Shown: one piece after another, positions 54,901 through 64,000 of the stretch
How the letters are laid out: each line of letters starts with the position of its first letter
How positions within the stretch are numbered: the stretch's first letter is position 1
NCBI GenBank assembly: GCA_964016885.1
Contig: OZ024743.1
Coordinates: 42,966,001-43,030,000, forward strand
Origin: Eledone cirrhosa
Taxonomy: Eukaryota
Direction: 5' to 3'
Length of the DNA: 64,000 bases
Translations under genes and position numbers: made by a program
The notes under the pieces: model-generated
Databases searched by the model: none
Told to the model about the DNA's origin: nothing
Seen by the model: the letters and a program-made list of their open reading frames with translations, nothing else

Positions 54901-57900
54901 CACCGAAATAGATCTCGAAATCTGTCATGGTTTAATCCTCCGTCCGCCCATACTATTTTATCTAATCTACCTAAAAGGTTCTTCTCCATCTTACGCAACA
55001 ATTTCCCTCCTAGTCTTAAGTACTAAGAATTATTTTAAAAAACAAATAACGTCCAGATTTCTTTTTCTACTACCTCCACCTTGGCCCATTATATTGCTTT
55101 TAGTAACCATAAGAAACTAAAACAACATAGCGCCTCCCTATTTACCCCTACCACTTAACTCTTTATATACGAATAATTCTAACATTAACAGTTATTCTTA
55201 TAACTTTCCTATCACCTCACCGTCATATGATATGCTTACTAATTCTATCCCTTTACCTACAATCTCTACCGCCTCTAAGCGTAACCGTAATTGTAAAAAT
55301 CCTAATTACTACCCTCTGAATGGTCTATATCTAACTAATAATGTAGTATATAGATGCACCCATAATGACACTAAAACGTACATTGGAGCTGCAGCTAACC
55401 CTTTCAAGTCACGTTTTAATTCTCACAAACATTCATTTTAAAATAGTAATTGAACTTTTTCTACTTCTTTAGCCAGACATAAATGAACTAAATATCTCTA
55501 ATATAGAATACTCTGTACCCTGGGATATCCTTTACTCCTAATTATTATATCATTTCAATTTATAACCCTGATCCTTTATCCTCTATATATTTTTTCTTGA
55601 TTAATATGAGGTCTAACACACAACCTCTTTCACTACAGCCACAATGAAACGGAAAAATTCCCAGTACTTCCCAGCCAAAATTCTGGGAGAGATGAATTTC
55701 ATAATGGACCCGATCAATATCCTGATCCGATTAACACGCGATAACATCTGTTCCACATACCTCCACAAATCAGAAATACACAAACACTAGATGTGTGACT
55801 GCAACACGGGTTCGTAGGTTGGGCGCATCAAGGATGGGTCCGCCTAACCTCACCTCAGTAACTGCAGAGTTTATCTCAAACCGACAGTTCCATAAAAAAA
55901 ATATTTTAAAGCAAAATTCAAATATTTGGGAGAAAAATTCTCAAATATAGATTTTCCTTTGCACAGGGCAAAGAAGGAAGGAAGTCTTACGACCTTTTTA
56001 AAAAGAAAATATATATAAGAATTATTACAAATTGTCATAAAACTAAAAATGTACTATTCTGCGGGGCCCAAAACGTGAACGATAACTGCTCTAGCGTGAA
56101 CGTAGATACATTCATATGGCGTAGTTTTATTGCTTCTAATTGATGTTCTTTCTAACGTAGTCTGTTATTTCTTTGTTACATATTGGTGGCAGCCAGCATG
56201 ATGTAGTGAAGAATGAATAGTTAGTGGCCATATGACAACAGAGAAACAAAGTGTAGGTGAAAATGGAGACATTATTAATGTAACGTTATACAATTCTAAC
56301 AATATGCTTTCTAGTTTATGTAGAAATCTTCCAACTTAGCCAGAATGGCTAACGATAAACCCTCCCAGTATTTGATTGAAACTTTATTTTTTCTGACATG
56401 GAAGGGACAGAGGCACCGTTGACCTTGTCGAAATTTTGATAGAAACTACACTCTAGAAAATAAAAATAAAATCATCTTAATATATTCTGAGAGATATTCT
56501 ACTTCATCCGTTTTGCGAAAACAATTGTATCACACTCAACAATATTTATGTTTGTTAGCCTATTGTTTAATAAAGTGTAACGAAATATTTTCTGAAATCC
56601 ATCCCTGGATATTTTCATAGACCAAACATTGCAAAACGTCAATATTATTATTATATGAAAGGATACGACAATTTGTGTTCATGAATTATATTATCTGATT
56701 ATGCGTTATTTTCAAACATATAACAAACAATTACTATCCCCAATATATCTGTAGCTTGGCTTTGATTTATATTACAGAGTAAGGTTGACCTATATAAAAG
56801 AGATGCTTATTTTTTGAGATTCTGGAAAATAAGATTCCGCTGTAATTGAATATTTCAGCCTTTTACTAATATGACCTTGGTGCTAAGTATTCACGGTCGC
56901 TGCTTTTTGTAATTTGTATTTTCTTTGTTGTTGTTATTGGTTGTATTTCTTCTTAGCACAAAAAAGTCATGTATATTAATAGGCGGCAATTACTTGGTAG
57001 TGCCTCCGGCCAATTCTTTGCACAAAAAGTATTATTACATACATCTCAATCAAAATGGCGGATATCGGTTCATGTATATGAAATTTTGTGTTTGAATTTT
57101 CTATATTCTGTATAAATCCTGGGTATGTTTCAATTAAAATGCTTTTATATGTACGGTTGCATTGTTACGATATATTTACATGATGTTTTATTTATAAGGT
57201 TTTCAGCTAAGTACATCGTAGGATACAAAGATTGTAAAATGAAGTGTTGGACTTTCTTTCGTTTCGATAATGAGGGTTTCAGCTGTAGGAACAAAGAAAA
57301 TATATTGCCGCAGAATTAATGTGCATATGGGTGAGAATTCCACAGACACGTTTGAGTTCAACATGATACAGTATAGCATAAATGTGACTCTTTGAATTAC
57401 AGGTACATTTCATTTCTACAAGCTTCCTAGACACTATGAACGTGGAATAAAATGCCTTGCTCAAGCACATAATGTTGTGTTATAGCAGAGGGCAAAATGT
57501 AGGACCATACTAAGAAGACTATATACCCCCGGCTACGGCCCATCCACGTGAAAAATATCTAGCGATATTTAGGTTTAAAATGGTCATCATGCGCATTTCT
57601 ATGTAAGTGCATCATACACTTTGTGAGCTATCGAAGAATATATCAAAGTATTTATCAGTAATAGCACAGAGGATCATTTAAAACTAGAAGTATACGCCAT
57701 TCATCTAATAACAAACAATACTTCATAGTATTATCTACGAGGCGTGACTGAGTTAAGGGGGTTTTTATACATTCAAGGGGTACATAATTGGATACCACAG
57801 CGTGGCATCTTGGCAAAATATTTTTAACATATTTTCGGGGTGACCAACTTCTGAGAGTAATTTGATATGCAGAAAGAGAAAACGCCCGTCGATTTGAATG

Positions 57901-58026
57901 TGTCTGGAATTCAAGTGACCATAATTGTCGCATCTTCTGCCAATCTGATTCAAATTGAGAATTATTTTAATTGTATGCGTGTTTGTTAAATAATCAATCA
58001 CGTTGATTAAGAAGTTGGATGTTCAT
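51993..58026. repeat. Large inverted duplication: arms 51993-54806 and 55107-58026, 300-bp spacer
   Basis: The arms mirror each other throughout with scattered substitutions. Mirrored ORFs (52578-52772/57125-57319; 52018-52254/57765-58001). 122 bp present only in the right arm (57573-57694). Confidence 0.96.
54920..55880 (+). mobile_element. Penelope-like (Naiad-type) 3' fragment; mirrored copy at ~54020-54806 (-)
   Basis: WFNPP at ~54928, RNC.NPNYYPLNG.YL..NVVYRC, YIG..ANPFK.RFNSHK.SF. Confidence 0.85.
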
Positions 58027-59196
58027 GTGCTCGGACCACTAAACATAAAATTTGGAAACTAACAGTGGATTATGTAGAAGATTTGAAGTTGTACCCTTAT
58101 ATTCTGTAATGCCTTATATTGCCAGGAATATAAGCAAGTAAGTGCTGAAAACAACTAGTCATGCCGTATCCGAACAGGTAGTACAACGTAGAGTACGGAA
58201 GTAGAAGCATCCTTTGTAGTAGTTATATCAGACGGCACAGATATGTGGGTATTCCTCGCTGCATTTACCACTTTCGTTACAATATCTGTAACAAAATATA
58301 CTGCATCCGATTTGAATATAATTTTTAAAATACTAAATAATTTGTGCTCGTATTGTAATAAGTGTCTTTCTTAGTATTTGAATCATAGAATTTAGCAAAG
58401 ATTCGTATATATATTTGTATATTTAACTCCGATGACATATACAAATATATATATGAACAGCACTTGGTATAGAAAAACAGAGCGGGTTTAGACAGATTCG
58501 TATTAAAATGATTTTAATATAATTTATATATTGATCCTGACACTATTTTTATAAGGATATTGTCAATAATAGCGAAGGGAAAGATATACTGAGATAAATA
58601 ATACATTAGCTGTTAAACTTGGTGACCTTCTTGTTATATATATATATATATATTTATTTATATATATACATTTCATAATGCCTTTCATGTTACTGAGTTT
58701 CTATTTCTAATAGGTCATAAGACTCTGTAAAGATTATTTAGCATATAGATTTTTTAGCACAAGCTGATATAATATAATATTTTAACACTGAATTAATCAA
58801 AGATATTACAAATAACTTCTTTCAAATAATGTTGCAGAATTTTTCTTAATTTACCAAAACAATATTATACAATTTATCAAATTTTAACTGTGATAGGATA
58901 TTTATTTAATTTATTGTTAATCATCCTTGATAAAATATATGCATTATTGAATGAAAGTAAAGGTTTGAAAGTATTATTACTCAAGTCCTAATTGAATTAA
59001 TATTTTCAAGTCAAAGGTTATCCAGGGTTATCCAGTCTGTACTTAGATACAGAATTATACGTAATATTTCTTTATTTTTTGTGACAATCTATAGGTCGCA
59101 ACTCCAGGTAGAAGAAGCAACGTGACATAAAGTGTTTCACTCAAGGACATAACGCATCGCCCGGTCCAGGAATATATATATATATATATTACGTGA

Positions 59197-59300
59197 AGGC
59201 GTTTGGCTAATTTGTTAGAGAATTGGGTTCACAATCCAGAGGTTGTGAGTTCGATTCCTGGACCGGGCGATGCGTTATGTCCTTGAGCGAGACACTTTAT
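59197..59300 (+). mobile_element. tRNA-derived SINE head (second family) with an inverted partial copy at 59128-59173
   Basis: A-box-like TGGCTAATTTG, B-box GAGTTCGATTCC, and the GTCCTTGAGCGAGACACTTT box. Related boxes at ~52428-52452 and ~57450-57472. Confidence 0.8.
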
Positions 59301-60333
59301 ATATACTTATAGGATAGGAGAGATTGGTGAAGGTATTAGAAGCGAAAGATTAGAAGCGGCTGCTCGATGTGCAGTATGCAGTGGAAAGCAGTTGGAAAAC
59401 TGGATTCATGCGGAGGTTAAATGTACAGAGCTGGAACTTAATAAGATTATTAAAAAACTAAGCCCTCCAGTGTAAATTTAATTAACCGCAAAGCCCAGGC
59501 CTTGGTTAACGATTTACATCTTGACAGTTTCACCTACCCATATGTATCAAAACACCAAGATTCTCTCTCAGGAATCATAAGCCCAACTTTATTGGGAAAC
59601 CTTCTATTAGGCTTATTAGCTCAACCACCTCTGACTTGAATCGTATCAGCAAGAACATTCTCGATAGGATCATCCCTGGAATGCGAACGGTATCACCTAT
59701 AAACTGTGGTCTAACACCGGCCAGGTCATTAGATGCTTTGCAGATTTTGGGCCCATAGCCTCGATGAGGTTTCTCCCATTCGACATTGACAGTTACTAAG
59801 CTTACATATCCCCGGCACTGCTTAACAAAGCATTAACCTTAACTCGCACTAAGTCAAACATAACTTATAATGAGATTGACATCATTCTTATGGCTAGGCA
59901 GACCATTATTGAGTTCAATGACTCGTTCTGGACAAGAAAAGAAAGAACGGATAATTTTGACATCACAATGGGCTCTAGCGATTCTGCGCAAGTGACAGAC
60001 TTAGTTGGACTCTACCACTTACATAACATTAGTGCTGAGCTCCCAATTTTTCAAGGTGGATTATATAGGGACGACGCCCTATCTGCGGTCCACAACTGCA
60101 CGAATCGCGCCATTGACTTGCTAAAAAAACAACTACATAGATTCTTTAAAAATAACGGTCTATCTATTACCATCGAACCTAACCATAAGTTAGTGAATTT
60201 CCTAGATGTCACTCTTGATCTTACTAACAAGTCATATTACTCTTATCATAAACCAGGTGAGATACTTACTTATATTAGCCCGTACTCTAACCACCCACGA
60301 TAGTCACCAGAGCGGACATTAATTCTATCTCAT

Positions 60334-61289
60334 TTCATTTCATTTCATTTCATTTGAGTTTGAGTCCATGCTCAGGCCAAGTCGAAGACTCCACCCTCAG
60401 AGTCTGGTGTGGTTGCCAGGTTGGATTCTCTGTTTAATTTTGACATGTGTAGGAGCGAGTTTGAGTCAGTTTGTGCTTGTTGTGTATATCCTGGGAGATG
60501 GGGTTCATCTCTAATGGTGCTTAAGTATCTATCCAGCTGCAATTTGAATGATTCCACACTGCATCCTGATAGATTTCTGACATGTACCGGAATGGAGTTG
60601 AATAGTTGTGCCCCTCGAAACAACAGACTTGACTCTCGCAGGGTTTTTGCTGCCTGGCCAGCCTTTTTGTTGATTGGTGGTAGCTGGCAGCGTCTTCCGT
60701 GGCGCAATGAGTGGTAGGTTTTGATACCAAAGTTTGGCACCTTTTGCTCTATCATTTTCCAAATGTATATAATTCGGTATCGCTCAAATCTTCTTTCTAT
60801 TGAGTACATCTTCAAGGTTTTGAGTCTTTGCCAATAGTCCAGGTCCCTCGTTTTTGAGAAGTATGAGGTAAAATTTCTTTGGAGCGATTCCATCTTAGAT
60901 AGTTGGCCCTTTGTTGTTGGTGACCACAACTGAGAACAGTAGTCAATCCTCGGAAGTATCATACTGTTCCAGAGGGTTTTCATTGTTGAGGTATCTCTTG
61001 ATTTGATGGTGCGCAAGATCCACCCGCTGTACTTTCTTGCAGTAAGACAGACTGAGTCAAGGTGTTCTCTGAATTTTAGGCTGGTTCCCATGTGGATGCC
61101 TAAATCTTTCACACACTGATTTTCCATTATTTGTTGTCCTGATGGGTTTCTGTAGTTTGTTGTATTTTTCAGATCTTGATCTGTTCCGTAGCGAATTAGT
61201 TCAAACTTCTTATCATTGAACAACATGTTGTTTGTTTCCTGCCATTTGTATATGGTGGTCAGGTCCTTTTGTAAGGCCTCTGTATCCAC
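60334..61289 (-). mobile_element. 5'-truncated CR1/L2-group LINE 3' end with (TGAAA)n tail
   Basis: Open frame to 60372: LQKDL..IYKW, MLFNDKKF, KDLGI, PRIDYCSQLWSP, DYWQRLKTLKMYSIERRFERY. CTCAT at both junctions (60329-60333, 61290-61294). Confidence 0.88.
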
Positions 61290-62534
61290 CTCATATAAGA
61301 TTTCAATGCTATCCGCCAATGAGGAGATATTTAATGGCCATGCAGCATATTATAATAAGGCCCTCTCTGTATCTGTTTATGCACAATCTATCTGCTACAT
61401 ACCTAAAGACCATAAGACAGAACTTCACCATAACTCCAATTACTTTAACAATGGAACTAGAAACGCATTATCATTTAACCAAATTTGCCGGAAATTTAGG
61501 CCTACCAATAGCTATACAAGTAATAGTAATAGTGGCAGAGGCCTACTCCATACTCCTAGGAGCAGATTAGGAATCAACCCTAGAATAGGAAAGAATAATA
61601 GGCTGACCATTAGCAACCACATTGGCAATAATAACCCTACCAATGCTCCTGCCGATTCTGCTAGACCCCACAGAAGTAACAGGCCTAGAAAAATCACCAG
61701 GCTTAACCCCCCCCCCCCCTCTCATCTATTTAACGACTGACATCCATAAACGCCTCTTCTCCATCCTATCTAAACATCTCCCCACCCCCACCATAGGTAT
61801 TACAAACTCTTTAATAAAAACAATATTACAATCTCCTTCTCCACCACACCGAACTTAGCTAGCCACATCGCATTTAGCAACCATCATAAAGTAAAAAAAT
61901 ATAACTCCTGCGCTGCGGCACCACCCCCTCTATAAGTACACCATGAAACCACACCAATACTCATCCTAGTTTCAGAACCCCGCCCCTCCAATCCCATTAG
62001 TACACACCAGCAGCACAGCTGAAACAACCCTGCTCCCACTAATCGCAATCCTAATTGCAACTGCCGTAACCCCACTGCATGCCCGCTTAACGGACATTGC
62101 CTTACGCCCAATATCGTATATAGGTGCATCGTTAGAACGACCTCATCTACTAGCTCCTATATTGGCTCTACATCTAACCCATATAAGGTTCGATATAACG
62201 CGCACTTATTTTCCTTCCGCGACCCTGGCCATAGGTAATTTCGCTGACAATAAGGTAATTTCCATACAAGAAGCCATCTTGTGCCTTTCGCGGCATTGTT
62301 TACTTTCAGCCTCGACAGATATGTAACGTTTCTTTATACCATACACTTTAATTCCAGTGCCAAGAAACCCCACCTAGAGGGCTGCTAATCTGACGATATT
62401 TACGGACACCTTACCCTCTTATACTATTTTATTTTATTTCTTCTTTATACATATTAATATTTTCATTATCTAACTTCAAGTTCCGAGGAGCTGCTCCATA
62501 ATAATATTTGGTGTTAATTATCTTTCTCTGCACC

Positions 62535-62605
62535 AAATCATAACGATATTACTATCGATTGATCCAGAATCATTATATGGAGTAGTGAAACAATTGTAAA
62601 CTGAC
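62535..62605 (+). ncRNA. Degenerate hammerhead motif in pLTR
   Basis: ATAACGA t-attact...agtagt GAAAC aatt GTA; the core box is mutated, helix III is the palindrome ACAATTGT. Confidence 0.45.
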
Positions 62606-62729
62606 ATTATTACCCCTTTTTATATTAAACTGCACTTAATATTTATACTTTTCGACTAATGTCTTCTATGTGAGCTTGTGATCTTGATTTGCTTAACTAC
62701 TGAATATATATATATATATATATATGAGC

Positions 62730-62771
<42 letters not shown>

Positions 62772-64000
62772 GCGTGAAACTAATAAACCGGTGTTCCCAC
62801 TGCTTCTGTTTTGTTCCCTTTCCATTTTCCACTATATATATATATATATATAATACACATTATTTTATTGTTTTATTACAGTTTAGTGACACTTGCAAAG
62901 TGTATTTCCCTAATACATATTCTTCTGTAGTGTCAATCAATTTACACATGTCACAAAAGCAATTTGAGATATTTTCGTTGAAAGAACTATTTACAGATAA
63001 CGTATCACTCCTTCTGAAATAGTTTCGTAAAATATATACAAACTCTATCATTTATATTATTGAGACACAAAGTACAATGTTATCAATTGTTACTAGGATT
63101 ATTTCTAACACCATATAGGCAAATTCCCTGATGATAAATTCTAATCAATTAGATAATATCGTACAATTTGAGCAGATTTATAATTACTTTAGACAAACAA
63201 TTTCGAGTATAAGTCCATTGGATCGAAATTTAATTTCTTTCTATATGTAAATAAGGATATTACTATTACAATATGAGTTTAATATACTACCTAGTGTGAT
63301 TACGTAATTACCTTGTCTCAGCTTCATGTGTTCAGGTGTTCGATCAGGTTAAAGTCAATATCGTGAATCAATACACAAATGGTTGTATATTCCACGTGTA
63401 CATTTCTCTCTCCGCATGAGAAAATAAGTGTCGATGAAGGATGATTGAATTACAGTTATCATCCGTCAAACGAGCTTCTGTGCAGTTTCTATCAACCCAA
63501 TTTCACTCTGGAGTCTTTAATAGATCTGAAAGATGCTTGCAAGAGTTGCCATGCTGTGAGATCAAACCCTTAGTCTCAGGATTGCAAACGAACTTCATCA
63601 CAACTCAGTTATACTACGTCTACACATATTCTGGGAACATTTATGTTAATGTATATTCGTATTATTTATTTGTTCTCTCAGTGATTTCACTGGTGTGATT
63701 GTTATATACAATACGGCTGAGGTCGCGTGAAGTGTTTTGTCGAGGGTTTTCAAACTCAAGATCTCACACGGATCATCATGCCCTGGAGGAGATTCACAGT
63801 AGGCTAAATGTAATTTCCAGCAGTACAGCAGATAGGCTGCTATTTTGCGTCATTAAAAGGAATAACATAAAAGTAAGGGGTTTAGGTAAATTAGCATAAA
63901 ATTGAAGAGGAAAACGTTTCTATTTTAAATATTCTGCCACGTATTAATTGATTATATCAGCCCGAGTACTTATTTTAATCTGTTACATATTTATTCCATT

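Larger units (their letters stand above)
59430..62690 (+). mobile_element. Penelope-like (Naiad-type) element, RT + GIY-YIG, interrupted by a LINE
   Basis: NHKPNF..P.IRLI, FDITMGSSDSAQVTDLVGLY, GLYRDD, VNFLDVTLDL, SNHP | LSANEEIFN, LNPP, CNCRNPTACPLNGHCL, YIGST. Confidence 0.9.

Noticed and set aside
52018-58001. Paired ORFs conserved in both arms of the inverted duplication
   Set aside because: Short, no recognisable domain, and explained by the duplication itself.
59197-59262. tRNA gene
   Set aside because: A/B boxes are present but there is no full cloverleaf, and it continues into a SINE body.
61216-61740. 174-aa ORF that appears to be a novel protein
   Set aside because: It is a junction of antisense LINE sequence with the resumed Penelope frame.

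Overview
AT-rich eukaryotic genomic DNA made almost entirely of decayed transposable elements and microsatellites. No host gene exon is recognisable. The TA/CA/ATT arrays, SINE family and element mix resemble an octopus-like mollusc genome (inference only). 1-23 kb is a nested array on (ATT/TAA)n repeats: three minus-strand R4/Dong-type LINE copies, two full-length Tx1-clade LINEs plus a chimeric 3' fragment on the plus strand, a non-autonomous LTR element with TG...AA ends, and SINEs with TSDs. 29.7-30.8 kb and 38-63 kb are rich in Penelope-like elements (Naiad-type and Neptune-type) sitting in TA arrays. They carry about nine well-formed type I hammerhead ribozyme motifs plus degenerate ones, several mirrored in foldback palindromes. 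Also present: a hAT transposon (TIRs, 8-bp TSD) with a nested Helitron, an internally deleted mariner, a maT-like relic, RTE and CR1/L2-type LINE fragments, and a ~2.8-kb inverted duplication centred on a Penelope fragment. All structures were read by eye; nothing was computed or searched.
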